A DNA stretch of 64,000 nt from Gekko japonicus. Lineage: Eukaryota. The translations under genes were made by a program, and so were the position numbers. The DNA is taken from contig NW_015162511.1 of NCBI RefSeq assembly GCF_001447785.1, forward strand, positions 80,221-144,220, written 5' to 3'. The notes under the pieces were generated by a model, which searched no databases, had not been told where the DNA came from, and saw nothing but the letters and a program-made list of their open reading frames with translations. Of the stretch, positions 1-12,733 are shown one piece after another; position 1 is the stretch's first letter; each line of letters starts with the position of its first letter.

Positions 1-532
1 GACATGCAAAGGATCTATGCTTTGGTTAGGTTCCATAAACTATGGAAGCCATCTCTATTTCAACCAGCTATGATTGGCTTGTTCCTAGGCTGCTGGGCAT
101 GAAAAGTCTTCTACCTTTCAATTAATGACTTTTGTGATCTAATNNNNNNNNNNNNNNNNNNNNNNNNNNNNNNNNNNNNNNNNNNNNNNNNNNNNNNNNN
201 NNNNNNNNNNNNNNNNNNNNNNNNNNNNNNNNTTTAGTTTAAATACACAACAACATTAAATAAGCAACAATATTATCCCCATACTGCAGATAAGAGGAGA
301 GAGAGAAAAGAAGAGGAGATTGCCAGAGACAAGATGGAAACTCGCCAGAGACAAGATGGAAACTCGCTGGATGACCCTGNNNNNNNNNNNNNNNNNNNNN
401 NNNNNNNNNNNNNNNNNNNNNNNNNNNNNNNNNNNNNNNNNNNNNNNNNNNNNNNNNNNNNNNNNNNNNNNNNNNNNNNNNNNNNNNNNNNNNNNNNNNN
501 NNNNNNNNNNNNNNTGGCAAGGGGGTAGGGCT

Positions 533-695
533 GAGGCCAAGAGAAAGCAGCTCGCCTAAGGCCGCTTAGAGAGCTCATGTAGAGTCGGAATTGGCCCAAG
601 AACGTCCAGATTTTGAGGCCAAGAGAGAGCAGCTCGCCTAAGGCCGCTTAGAGAGCTCATGTAGTGACGGAATTGGCCCAAGAACGTCCAGATTT
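533..695 (+). repeat. 82-bp tandem duplication
   Basis: Units start at 533 and 615; next to a gap. Confidence 0.85.
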
Positions 696-699
696 GTAA

Positions 700-1380
700 T
701 TCACTCTCGTAGTTTCACGGGCAAAGCGGCTGTGGTCGCTCAGCGCTTGAGGGGAGGGCCTGACACTCTGCATCTGCTCAGAGACATTGTTGCCTCGGCA
801 TTTCAGCCGTAGGCGGAACCCCAGCACTGGAAAACAGCTTCCAGGGCTGAGTTTACGCACAGGTTGACCGCGAAGAAAAACGCTGCCAACGCCCCCCTTC
901 CCCGTTTAGATGTCAGAGAGAGAGCCCCGGATGGAAACGGAAGGCGACGAGCAGGCCCGCTGGTGATTCCCATGACAACCGGAGCGAGGCGACCCAGCGA
1001 GGCCGCCGCCCCCACCACGCGAACCTAGCTGGAGAAAAGGCAGAACTCGGCCCCACCTTAACCTGGCTGCCCAGCAACGCCCACCTGCTGGCCCAGCGGC
1101 CGGCCGCCGCCGATACTCCTGAAACATCTGCAATCCCGGTCCCGGCCCCTTTTCCACGTCTCAATCTGCTGGACACTCAGGCTCTTCACGGACCCCACCC
1201 CCAAGCGACTTACGAGCCGTTCCATTCGCTGTCCGTCGTTAGGGGGCGTGGCCTGAGAACCGAGAGTACCATGGGAGTTGTGGTTTCTTGCACTCGGAAG
1301 GGTGCGAGGAACGACCAAAGGGAAAACTGTCCTCCGCTCATTCTCATTGGCCACTCGACGTTCTTATGCTGTCAGGCTTA
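700..1380 (-). promoter_or_regulatory. CpG-island promoter and probable first exon of an unidentified minus-strand gene
   Basis: High CpG density. CCAAT (attgg 1346-1350), ZNF143/SBS-like ACCACAACTCCCATGGTAC (~1266-1284, minus strand), GC box GGGGCGTGGC (~1242-1252), then ATGGAACGGCTC|GTAAGT (ATG 1225, donor 1213). Confidence 0.55.
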
Positions 1381-1414
1381 GTTTAGAGTAATTTAGGCTA
1401 ATAGCTTTTTCCCC

Positions 1415-1506
1415 CTCCGAAGAAGTATGCTTTGCACACGAAAGCTTACACTTTGAATACACTTTTGCTGGGCTTAAAGGTGCCACTAGACTCAAAATTT
1501 GTTCTT
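1415..1506 (+). mobile_element. Penelope-like terminal fragment
   Basis: ccgaagaagtatgctttgcacacgaaagcttac...cttaaaggtgccactagactc. Confidence 0.6.
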
Positions 1507-1969
1507 AGGGTAATAGTGTAATTTAGAGACTCCCCTGGGTTGCCGTGGCAGGTGTACCTGAGCTAGGGTTGCCCCCGGCCAACCTGCGAGGGATGGTAGG
1601 GTTGCCAGATCCAGGCTGAAAAACTCCTGGAGATTTGGGGGCTGAGCCTGAGGAGGACAAGGACCTCAGTGGTGTACAATGCCATAGTGTTCCCCCTACA
1701 AAGCATCCATTTTCTCCAGGGGAACTGATCTCTAAAGTCTGGAAATGAGTTGTAATTCCTGGGGATCCCCAGGTCCCACCTGAAGGCTGGCATCCTGAGC
1801 CTGCAATGGAAGAATAGGACAATTCAGGGGGGAGGGGTGCACTTTAATTTTCCCGTAGTTCGTAATTTTAATTCAAAGTGTACCCCTTCTTATTCCAAGG
1901 GTTCACATCAGCAAGAACAAAATGCCATATGTTCAATAACACATAAAGTAACTAGAACCAGGTCCTCCA

Positions 1970-2312
1970 ACAAACATAAGACCAGCCCTGCTGGATCAGA
2001 CCAGTGGTCCATCTAGACTAGTCCAGCATGCTGTTTCACCAGCCACCAAAGGGTTGTCCCGGAACCAAGGGGTTGTCAACAAACAGGGAGTAGTGATGCC
2101 AAGATTCTCCCCATGGCACTGGGATTCCGAGGTTTGCTGCCTCTGAATGTGGAGGTTCCCTTTAGTCATCATATCGTCCGTCAGTCAGTCTACTCCCCTT
2201 TTAAAGATGCCTATGCCTGTTGCCATCACTACATCCTCTCCTCTGGCAGCGAATTCCACATTTTAATCACTTGCTGAGTAACAAAATATTTCCTTTTGTC
2301 TGTCCTGAGTCC
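1970..2312 (-). mobile_element. CR1 LINE 3' end
   Basis: Reverse of the same tail (aacataag...ctgctggatcagaccagtggtccatctag). Confidence 0.7.
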
Positions 2313-2315
2313 ACT

Positions 2316-2560
2316 GAGCCAGTGTGGTGTAGTGGTTAAGAGCGGCAGACTCTAATATGGAGAACTGGATTTGATTCCCTGCTCCTTCACATGAAACCTG
2401 CTGGGTGACCTTGAGCCAGTCACAGTTCTCTCAGAACTCTCTCAGCGCCCCACCTACCTCACAGGGGGTCTGCTACTGGGAGAGGAAGGGAAGGCGATTG
2501 TAAGCCATTTTGAGACTCCTTAAGGTAGAGAAAAGCAGAATATAAAAACTAATCCTTCTT
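2316..2560 (+). mobile_element. Squam3-like SINE
   Basis: Same head, CORE and tail. Confidence 0.75.
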
Positions 2561-3217
2561 TTATTGCCCGTCCACTTCATGGGAAAATGAAAAAGAGAAG
2601 TTGCACAACAAATTACAAGGATCTCCTCAAATTTTTAAACCAACAAAAGCATCCACAAGTCAAAGGCCTCATCTGGGCGCAAATGATGCAACTAGGGTTG
2701 CCAACCTCCAGGTGGGGCCTGGAGATCTCCCTGAATTACAACTGATCTCCAGAGTACAGCAATCAGTTCCTCTGGAGAAAATGGCTGTTTTGAAGGGCAA
2801 GTTCTATGGCATTGTATCGCAGTGAGGTCCCTGCCTTCTCCAGTCTCCACCCCCAAATCTCCAGGAATTTCCCAACTGGGCATTATCAATCCAAGATGCA
2901 GTGTTAGTGAAGCCCGGGATCATAATATGCCAAAGTGCACTGAGCAAAAGCAAAGGTGACCAGAGGCATCTTCAGGGATCCAGATATGGGGATGTGAGAT
3001 ACAGGTTAGTCCAAAATTCATTTTCAGGTGTAAGGTGGGAAAGCTTCCGTTCCTTATTTTGGGCTGCTCATGCAGGTCTGTGTTGAATAAAGGAACTGGG
3101 AATCAGAAACAAAGTTCTGACTCGTAACATTGCTGTCTCTTTCGCCAGAAACTCACTTTCCAGCAGCTTTGTAAAACACTGCCAGACACAAACCTCCTCA
3201 GAGCACTCTGCCAAATA

Positions 3218-3432
3218 GAGCACAAGAAATAGTCCGGTGGCCCCTTTAAGAACAGCAGAGTTTTATTCAAGGCGTGAGCTTTTGTGTGCATGCACGAAAC
3301 CCTGTATCTGAGGAAGTGTGCCTTGCACACGAAAGCTCACATCTTGAATAAAACTTTGTTGGTCTTAAAGCTACCACTGGACTCAAACTTTGTTCTACTG
3401 CTTCAGACCAACATGGCTACCCACCTGGATCT
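3218..3432. mobile_element. Penelope-like element terminal fragment in inverted (palindromic) arrangement, carrying a hammerhead motif
   Basis: Inverted arms gtccggtggcccctttaag...ttttattcaag and cttgaataaaac...cttaaagctaccactggac; CTGAGGA-stem-GAAAGCTC at 3308-3338. Confidence 0.7.
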
Positions 3433-5512
3433 GTCTTCATGGACAGCACAAGAAAGTTTTACCCAAAATTTAACTGATTGCATCTCGGCAGATGATTTTA
3501 GTCAAGTGGGAAATGCTTTTTAATCTGGAATGCATCGTAATTTATTATAATTCCCTGTATGGGGGAGCAGGGGTCATTTCGTAGAAAAAGAGGTGCAGGA
3601 GCTCATTAGCATAACTCATTAGCATAACTCATTTGCATATGCCACACCCCCTGACATCACCGGAAGTGTGTCAGAAGGCAACACCCACCACTCAGGCTCC
3701 ACTGGACTGTTTTGGATTGGTACCTATGGGGGGGGGGACCCGCAGATCTGCCCTCACAGAGGAGGGAGAGCTTGTACCTGAANNNNNNNNNNNNNNNNNN
3801 NNNNNNNNNNNNNNNNNNNNNNNNNNNNNNNNNNNNNNNNNNNNNNNNNNNNNNNNNNNNNNNNNNNNNNNNNNNNNNNNNNNNNNNNNNNNNNNNNNNN
3901 NNNNNNNNNNNNNNNNNNNNNNNNNNNNNNNNNNNNNNNNNNNNNNNNNNNNNNNNNNNNNNNNNNNNNNNNNNNNNNNNNNNNNNNNNNNNNNNNNNNN
4001 NNNNNNNNNNNNNNNNNNNNNNNNNNNNNNNNNNNNNNNNNNNNNNNNNNNNNNNNNNNNNNNNNNNNNNNNNNNNNNNNNNNNNNNNNNNNNNNNNNNN
4101 NNNNNNNNNNNNNNNNNNNNNNNNNNNNNNNNNNNNNNNNNNNNNNNNNNNNNNNNNNNNNNNNNNNNNNNNNNNNNNNNNNNNNNNNNNNNNNNNNNNN
4201 NNNNNNNNNNNNNNNNNNNNGAGGGGGGAGGGGGAGAGGGGGAGAGAGAGAGAGACAGACTGGCTCAAGGTCACGCAGCAAGCTTCCATGGCAGAGTGAA
4301 GATCTGAACCTGGGTCTCCCAGGATCCATTATTCCAGGCTGTGGTATCTGAGAGACCCAAATGAACCAGTTTACTGAGGTAATCACTGGAGGTCCTGCTC
4401 CAAGTGTTCCAATCTTTTGAGATTAGGTAGATGGCTACAGAGAAATGGGCCTTCTTGTACTCCCAGGTAGTGTCTCAGACGTCCAAATTACATTTATTTG
4501 GTGCTCACTCTCGAATGGAATTGTGTTAGTACTGTTAAAACTGTTTTATTTGAAGGAGCTTTTTTGTTGCTTTCGTTACATTATTTTGCCAGTCTTTCAG
4601 TGTTTCACATTTTTTCAAATTGTCTGTTATATATTCATGTTAGCTACATGACTGATTATAGAATGGAAAGATAGGATACAAATATTTTAAATGAATGCTG
4701 TTGTTTATATTATTTATAGCCCATTTTTTCCACTGAGACTCGAGACAGATCACATAATGCAAGTTAGTATGACCAACAGCATGAGGAGATAGCTAACAAA
4801 CAATACAGCAGGACAGGGTGTGGAAATCTGAAACCAGGCATAAGTATTAAACATGATATGTTAAACAATGCAGGAAATATTACGTATGTGGTAATGTAAT
4901 GCAGTGAAAGCAAGATTTAAAAAAATATGGCAACAGATAGCACATAGTTGTAGTATAGTCCACGGTACAGTCCTCTCTACTGAAATGTCTTCTTGAATCA
5001 TTCAGTTTCAACGCTGCCCTGTTCCTTTATAAAAATGCCCTCCTGAACAACTCTGTTTTACATTGATTGCAGAAAGTTTTATGAGAAGTCTTACCAAAGA
5101 AATTTATTTCCCAGCCCTGGCAAAGGGAGGTCTCACAAAAAATAATAAATATACACAGGAGCACCCTGTGCAATTGTTTTAGTGCACTGGCACAAATGTG
5201 TGCAAGGTTTGTCCTTGCGTTACTGGCAACTGTTCACCTGTACCATTTCCCTTTCAGTTAGGGATGCCAGCCTCCAGGTGGGACCTGGGGATCCCCTGAA
5301 TAACAGCTCGTCTCCTGACTACAGAGACTATTACAGTTCCCCTCGAGAAAATGGATGCTTTGGAGGGTGGACTCTATAGCATTGTACTCCACTGAGGTCC
5401 CTGCCCTCCCCAGGCTCCATCTCCAAATCTCCAAGAGTTTCCCAACCTGGAGCTGGCACCTCTAGCCCACCACTCCCACCTCCCTGCCAGTGGCCAGGGG
5501 ATCGGGCAACGT

Positions 5513-5789
5513 CAGGGGCAGATTAAGGCTCACTGGTGCCCTAAGCACTGACCAATCTTGGTGCCCCCAATCTTGGTGTCATAGCCTATGACACTGCACC
5601 TCGCCAACAAAAAATAGAAGATAACCCTAGTGTGCACCATGATCAATGTGCACTAGTTTTATCAAATTTTTTCACAAATCTTCATTCATTTCCCCCCCCT
5701 TTTCAACCTTTCCCCAACTTTGTGGTGCCCCCTTTACACTGAACTGTAGAAGCATGTGCTTAGACTGCTTAATGGTTAATCTGCCCCTG
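5513..5789 (+). mobile_element. hAT MITE
   Basis: TIR CAGGGGCAGATTAA / TTAATCTGCCCCTG; TSD ggcaacgt/ggcaacgc. Confidence 0.8.
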
Positions 5790-6799
5790 GGCAACGCTTT
5801 CTGTAAAGCATTTCTGAGAAGCCCCTAAGACCCATAGAAATCTGTGCCTGCTCTCCCCTTCACAGGCTGGTTATTCCAGCATCCCACTTACCCCTCCAAT
5901 ATACTTTAAATATTTCAGTTTCTTTGGGGTTCCATACTGAGTCCCCTGAATCAGAGGGAGCGTGGTGAAAACTGCTGAGGAAGCCACATTAGGGATGAAG
6001 GAGCTTTTGGATACATGAAGATTTAAGCAGGCTACTTAGCTCTGTGAAACAGTTTTCCTCGTTTTAAACCTATAAGGATGCCCTTCCAAAGGGCGTCTGG
6101 AAGTTGCTGTTGATGTGATCCATCTGCGCATTAATCAAGGTAGCTCTCCGAAAGGAGGGACCTTGGCTTATATGGAGCGTAGCCGCAACCTCCCTTTATC
6201 CTTCTGTGAGCACAACTTGTCATCTTGAATAGCATTAAGCAGTCCGTTTTTCTTTAGACCTTTCCCAGTTTTGTTTCCGTGCAAGGATACTCAAGATGAA
6301 TAAATGGATTAAGTTAAAAATAATTCAGGACATTTGGTGAATCTGAATGAAATCCTTCCCCGTTCCCACCCTCGGATGGGCTTATTATAGAGCCCAGAGG
6401 CAAAGGTCAAGGTTACTTAGAGAGCTGTGTGTATACAACGAAGTTGCAGGAAGCATTTCCTCTCTCTGCTTGGGGGTTGTCTGGAAACTGATCCCTCCAA
6501 GGGGAGGGGTTATGCCCAGCACTTTAGGAGGTTCTGTCAATAGGAGCCTTACAAGGCTAGCTTAACTGGATGTAGCAGCTCAAACAGGCTGGAGCTAACT
6601 TGCTCGGCTGCCTGGCCAATGATTGGGGCACACCATCTCTTGCTTTGAGATTTCCCCCATCACCTGTACTGCTCGGGCGGTCTCCTGAACAAACAGCTCA
6701 AGGAGGTGTGCTTGCGTCTGTGGTGGCTCCACTGGTGAGCTTCAGCTACCGAGTGCCTGGAGTCTCCCGCTTTGCCTTGCTCCGGTAAAGAAAACTGCC

Positions 6800-7781
6800 A
6801 TGGGAAACGTGTGCTTTGGGGTACTCCTTGCTATCCTGGCCTTTCTCATCATGGCTATCAATGCTCTTGTGGCTGTTGCGCTGGTGCGGCTCNNNNNNNN
6901 NNNNNNNNNNNNNNNNNNNNNNNNNNNNNNNNNTCGCTGATTCTTTGGTTGGCTTCACCATAACTGGGCTGGTTACAGAGGAGCTGGCTGGCCCCACCCA
7001 CCATACTTCCCGAAATTACTGTATCCTGCGCATGGCCTGCATCGCCTGCCCCTCAGCTGCTTCCATCCTTACAGTCATTCTGGTGGCCTTTGACAGATAC
7101 CTGGCCATTAAGCATCCATTCCGATACTTCAAAGTCATGCATGGCCTAGTTGTTGGGGCTTGCATCGGAGGGCTCTGGCTCCTCGCCTTCTTGATCGGCT
7201 TCCTCCCTTTGATCGTCCAGAGCTTCCAGAAGAAGAGCTACCAAGAACCATGCACTTTCTTTGGTGTCTTCCACCCCACCTACATGCTCACTATCTTTTG
7301 TGTGGCTTTCTTCCCAGCTTTGTTCGCTTTCGTCTACATTCACTGTCACCTGCTGAAGATTGCTTCTTCGCACGCCCAGCAGATTCGAGAGCGGGAGCAA
7401 ATCCGCTCATCAGGAACTTGCCCGGCCCTGCAGCCCTCCAGCGATACCAAGGCCATGCGCACTGTGACCATTCTAGTGGGGTGTTTCGTCCTCTCCTGGT
7501 CACCCTTCTTTGTTGGGAGTATCGTGCAAGCTGCATGTGGGGGCTGCATCTCGCGTAACATCCTTGAGCATTACTTGTGGGTGTTGGGCTTATGCAACTC
7601 TCTCATGAACCCCGTAGTCTATGCCTACTGGCAGAAGGAAGTACGCTTGCAGATCTATCAAATGTGCTTGTGCATGAAGAGGAAGGTCTTCCCCCTGTTC
7701 CATGCTGACAGTCGTCATCATACTCCCAGCGGGACTCTGGCTTCAGTTCACACCATCTCACTGCCCAAGCTCGAGGAGTGA
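6800..7781 (+). CDS. GPR119: G protein-coupled receptor 119 (class A lipid-amide/incretin-axis receptor), single coding exon
   Basis: ATG at 6800 (ctgccATGG) gives MGNVCFGVLLAILAFLIMAINALVAVALVRL (TM1). After the N-gap 6893-6933 the frame continues ADSLVG...AFDRYLAIKHPFRY...CTFFGVFHP...SWSPF...LWVLGLCNSLMNPVVYAYWQKEVRLQ to TGA 7779-7781. This matches recalled human GPR119 (FDRYLAIKQPFRY, NPLIYAYWQKEVRLQ). The frame offset across the gap is explained by gap-size error. Confidence 0.95.
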
Positions 7782-8009
7782 CATGGTAAGAGACGTCTCT
7801 GTGTGTATCACCTGGCCTTTCAGTACGGGGTTGTGCCAAAACTTCTACCTGAAGCTCTCACCTGGTGAAATACTGTTTCAGATTCTTCTCTCAATGGTAA
7901 GAACATCAAGGCTCCTTTTATAGGCTCCAACGTTGCTTTTGGAGGTGAACATACAAGATGTTTATAATGTCTCTGTACAATCTAGATTTAAAAACTTGTA
8001 GATTTAGTG

Positions 8010-8363
8010 GGGGAGCTGCGGTGGCTTAAGTGGTTAAGACACTGAACTGTAGGCTGTGGAAGGTCAGTAGTTCAGCAGTTCGAGACCCGGGGGCCGCATG
8101 ATGGAGTGAGCTCCCATCTCTAGTTCCAGTTCCTGCCAACCTAGCAGTTCGAAAGCAAGAAATTGCAAGTAGATAAATAGGTACCACTTTGGTGGGAAGG
8201 TAACAGCATTCCGTGTGCCTTGGTGTTTAGTCATGCCGGCCACATGACCACGGAAACGTCTTCGGACAGCGCTGGCTCTTCGGCTTTGAAACGGAGATGA
8301 GCACCGCAACCCTAGTTGGATTCGACTGGCTTTCAAGCAAGGGAACCTTTACCTTTACTTTAC
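8010..8363 (+). mobile_element. Sauria SINE, full length
   Basis: tRNA-like head, Sauria body, (ACCTTT)n tail; TSD tagatttagtggg. Confidence 0.85.
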
Positions 8364-10030
8364 TAGATTTAGTGGGCTTTAAGGGGCCTGGAGGCAGGCA
8401 TTGCTAATTCCCAAGCAACACCAGTGTCCTTTCTCTCAAAATCACCTCTCGTCCCAGCCCAGTCCAAACTGCTCTTCAATCCTTCTTACATATGCATAGA
8501 AGAAAGAGTGGTTTCAGAGTGTTTGTGCATACATACCTTGTACCCCAAGCTCACACTGTCCCTCATCAATAAGCATGTTATGCCAAGCTTAAAGAGAGAC
8601 ATTTCTTCATTCTACACTACTGTGCAGCACAGTGCACTATCTGGCACCTGCTTCCTCCTTGGCACAACACTTTGCTAGTGCAAAACTTTTAGGGTTTTTA
8701 AAAAATATATATAACAAGTGGAGACCCGCAAGAAACTTGCGGAATGGTTATCCTATTCCTCACACCTTTGCTTCCTCCTGTCTCCCTCTACCTCTCTCAC
8801 ACTCTTTTTCCCTTCTGCCCCCCCTTTCTTTTTCTCCTCCAGCTATGGCATTATACTGATCTGTAGTTCCTTCCCTCCTCAAATCCCACCTTCCCCAGGC
8901 TCCACCCCACAAATGTCCAGGAATTTCCCAACTTGGAGTTGGCAACACAATTTCCTTCCCACCCAACAGCCAACCCACCTTTATCTGTCTCTCTATCTGC
9001 AACTTTCCATCTCCACACCCCTCCCCCACAGCCTCTACCTAGAAAAATTACAGTCTTTCTCCACAGTGGGGACCAAAGCAGCTTACATTATTCTCTCCTC
9101 CTTTTTATCTGCACAACAACCCTGTGAGGTTGGCTAGGCTGAATGTATGTGACTGGTCCAAAATAACCCAGTTAGCTTCCACTGCAAGATAGGGATCTGA
9201 ACCTGGGTCTTGCAAACCCTAATCTGAAGCTCTAACTGATGGCTGCTGATAAACAGTAGCAAGCAGCTGGGCCTACTTGAGTCATGCAAATCAGGTGGTA
9301 TCAAGTCACCCAGAGGGTGCTGCCGAGGGATGCCAGCCTCCAGGTGGGACCTGGGGATCCCCTGTAATTCCTGCTCATTTCCAGACTACAAAGATAACTT
9401 CCCATGGAGAAAATGGATGCTTTGGAGGGTGGACTCTGTGACATTGTACCCCACTGAGGTCCCTGTCCTCCCCAGGCTCCTCCCGCAAATCTCCAGGAGT
9501 TTCCCAGCCTGGACCTGGCAACCTTATCCAGAATCCCCTGTCGGTGGCCAGGGGGGGAACCTGGCAACCCTAAAGTCCTGGCAGGCCTAGGCTTGGCAAC
9601 CTCTAAGTGGGGCCTGAAGGAAACCCCCCCCCCCCAGACTTACAACTGAACTCAAGGCAGCAGAGATCTGTCGCCCTGGAGAAAATGACTGCTTTGGAAG
9701 GTGGACTCTGTGGCATTATACCCAGCTGAGACCTCTCCCTTCCCCAATCCCACCTCAAAACCTCTAGGGACTCCCCAGGCCAGGCCCCAAGGCTCCCTCC
9801 CTCCCTGAAAGGCCAAAGGAGGCCTGGAAAGGGCCCTTCCCCCACACCCTTTGACTCACAGAGCCGGTTAGAAGCCTCTTCCCCCCCCCCCGAACGTTCT
9901 AACCTCTCTCTCACAGGAGGGTTTTTTCTAGTTTTTAGATTTTTCTGCAGGCACTGGCAGACTACTCAATATATAGGAAAAGCTCCTGAGCCAAACGGAG
10001 CTTCCTTTTCCTGGGACTAAGGATCCGCAC

Positions 10031-10047
10031 GGCGCCCTCTGTTGGCT
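10031..10047 (-). promoter_or_regulatory. CTCF-like motif
   Basis: Minus strand AGCCAACAGAGGGCGCC. Confidence 0.5.
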
Positions 10048-10740
10048 ATTATTAGAATATATGATGATGATGAAAGGAATACTCTACTTCGGGGGGGGGG
10101 GGGATATTAGCCAGTTGAGAATTTCATGGTTTGTACTGAGTCCAAAATACGGATCTCCCTGCCTTGTGGGCTGGAAGAGTACGCAAACAAATGTTCACGT
10201 GTGCATCTGTAATGTGTGTATATAAAACAGTGGTCCTCAATATGTGACTTCTGGAAAGCTGCATTTGCGGTTGCCCTCAGCCAAAAGAGCCACATTTACT
10301 TCCATCCCGGGCATGGGGCCAGCATCTTGAGGACACCTGCAGTTTATCCATTCCTTTGGTGGCAGCTGGTAGAGAGTAGGAACCACTTGCTAACCATATG
10401 CTGCATGGGGCAAAGGCCTTTCCCACTTTCCCGAAACACTGGGCAGGTTCTACATGAGGAGAAAAATGCTCAGAAGCAAAACGAAGCAAAGCCTCTAAGC
10501 TCATAAAACCACTAGAAGATACAACAGCTGAAGTGATCTCTGATTCTGTATTGAAGGATGTACCCAGCAGCTCATTACGTCAAATTGCCAGGATGCTTCA
10601 GTTCCAGATTTTTGTTTTAAGCCTCTGTTTAATGTGTCCTTGTTGTAGCTGAGCCTACGCAGTTTGTTGTCGCAGACTTATTTTATTCACTGTGGTATTT
10701 CAGATTTCCATTTTACTAATGCTCAGAGGAGTCACTATGG

Positions 10741-11027
10741 CTCCAGTTTGGTGTAGTGGTTAAGTGTGCAGACTCTAATCTGGGAGAACCGGGATTGATT
10801 CCCCACTCCTCCACTTGCACCTGCTGATATGACCTTGGGTCAGTCACAAGCTCTGGCACAGCTGTCCTTGAAAAAGAGCAGTTTGTGTCAGAGGTCTCTC
10901 AGCCCCACCCACCTCACAGGGTGTCTGTTGTGGGGAGGGGAAGGGAGAGGAGTTTGTAAGCCGCTCTGAGACTCCAAGTGAAGGGCGGGGTATAAATCCA
11001 ATCTCCTCCTCCTCCTCCTCCTCCTCC
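10741..11027 (+). mobile_element. Squam3-like tRNA/CORE SINE
   Basis: ccagtttggtgtagtggttaag head, CORE, L2-like tail gggtataaatccaatctc followed by (TCC)n. Confidence 0.8.
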
Positions 11028-12531
11028 GGCACTAAGTGACTATCACTGTGAGATATCGATCTAGCACCTCATTATGCACCTCACTAATGACGCAGCTGTA
11101 GAACTCTATCACATAGGAAACCTATGTTTACCCTGGACCTTTGGACCAGGCTCCAAGAATGGACATCTTCTCATTTGCACACAAATCCTAGGTGTGGAGA
11201 AAGAGTAGCTTTTACGGATGAGATAAATGCCCCCATATCTGGTCACGCAGCCAGCAGGAGGACTGCGGAAATCTGGCTTTGCTTGTGACCAGTGGAGTGT
11301 GAGGCTTTCTATTTCAGACCCTGCCTATTCAGGCAAGAGAGAGGAAGCCAAACAAAACATGCTGCTTTGATGCGAGTGCCCAGAGAGTGAGATAAGAGAC
11401 GGTAGGAGCGGAGTCCATAATCCCTTCCCCACAATACCCAGCATCCTGACTGGCCCAGAACAGACGCACAAAACGACGGTCGCTGGGAAAGACAAAACTG
11501 CATCTTCCTGGCAACATGGCAGATTTCACAAGACACACGCAAACATCCCCCATGGCACATGCATCATTTCTCACTGTTATTGCCAGCCATAATTCTATAA
11601 TTGTATCTGTCAGTTGCCCTGTGACAACAGGGAAGATGGCTTGGTCTCTGCTGCTGGGCACAGGATCAAGTTGCAGGGTGTTTGTTTATGCCTTCTTGAA
11701 CTGTATCACAACAGTAAGTAGTTCGGTGGGCAAGAACCAAAATGCAGGAGCTACAGGAAAGGGTACTGAAGGAACACTTCAGAGAAAATCCATTCTTTGT
11801 TCCTTTTAAAGCATGGATAATGCCTTACTTCACATCAAAGGACAATCTGTGGACCAGCTTCATTCTTCCCAACTGTTTATACTTGCTGGCTCATCATAGT
11901 CACGCACTCTCAGCCTATTTTATCTCACAGGGTTGTTGTGAGGATAAAATGGAGGCTCCACTGGGGAGAACGGCCGGGTATAAAATAAACAGTAAGACTC
12001 AAAGGGTAATTCTTAGCCCAAATGAAGGCCTTTTTGGCTGAAGTCCCATCCCTCTGGCATTTCTTACTGGAGGTGAGACTGGTGCCTTCCATCTGGATAT
12101 GTATAAAGGCACTGCAGAGTGATTCATTTTCAGACTGGCTCGTGTTGTATGGGTGTTATTGTGACAGGCCATTGTCAGTTTTTTTTGTGAATGCATTAGT
12201 GATAATATTGTAGGTTCCTTGGCAAGCTGTTATGGGTTAAGGTGCAGCCGGGGGTTATGCTTGTTTTATTAGCACATTGTGGATCCTTGTTTGTAAGTTG
12301 GCTCAGTCCCCATTTTAAGAGGGAAAGGTGAGAATTTTTTAAAAATTCTTAAACACCATGATGCATTACTCTAAATTGCTGGTTTGCTCTAGGCAGCATA
12401 GCATTTCTGTAGTCCCAAGAGTTTCTGCCTGAAGAGCATGCCTTTCTCACCAACCCACCCATGGGAACCTCAAATACCCCCTGAAAATCCTGTTGCAGCA
12501 GATCCCTTTTTCCCCAAGACCAGGATTTCAT

Positions 12532-12733
12532 GGGGCCCTGACTCAGTGGTAGAACATCTGCTTGGCATGCAGAAGGTCCCAGGTTCAGTCCCCAGCATCT
12601 TCAGTTAAAGGATCTAGCAGTAGCTGGTGTGAAAGGCCTCTGCCTGAGGCCCTCGAGAGCTGCTGCCAGTCTGAGTAGGCAATACTGACCTTGACAAGAG
12701 CCCAATTCAGTATAAGGCGGCTTCAATGTGTTC
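12532..12733 (+). mobile_element. tRNA-derived SINE with CR1-like tail (related copies ~36325, 37570, 39755, 42620, 44079, 47780, 47987)
   Basis: A/B-box head ctcagtggtagaacatctgcttggcatgcagaaggtcccaggttca and a shared body. Confidence 0.7.

Noticed and set aside
3633-4386. Long ORFs spanning N-gaps (also 239-599 and 62461-63596)
   Set aside because: They are open only because Ns contain no stop codons.
6893-6933. GPR119 frameshift pseudogene
   Set aside because: The shift falls in an N-gap and the coding sequence on both sides is intact.
12532-12605. tRNA gene
   Set aside because: The tRNA-like head is diverged and continues into a repeated SINE body.
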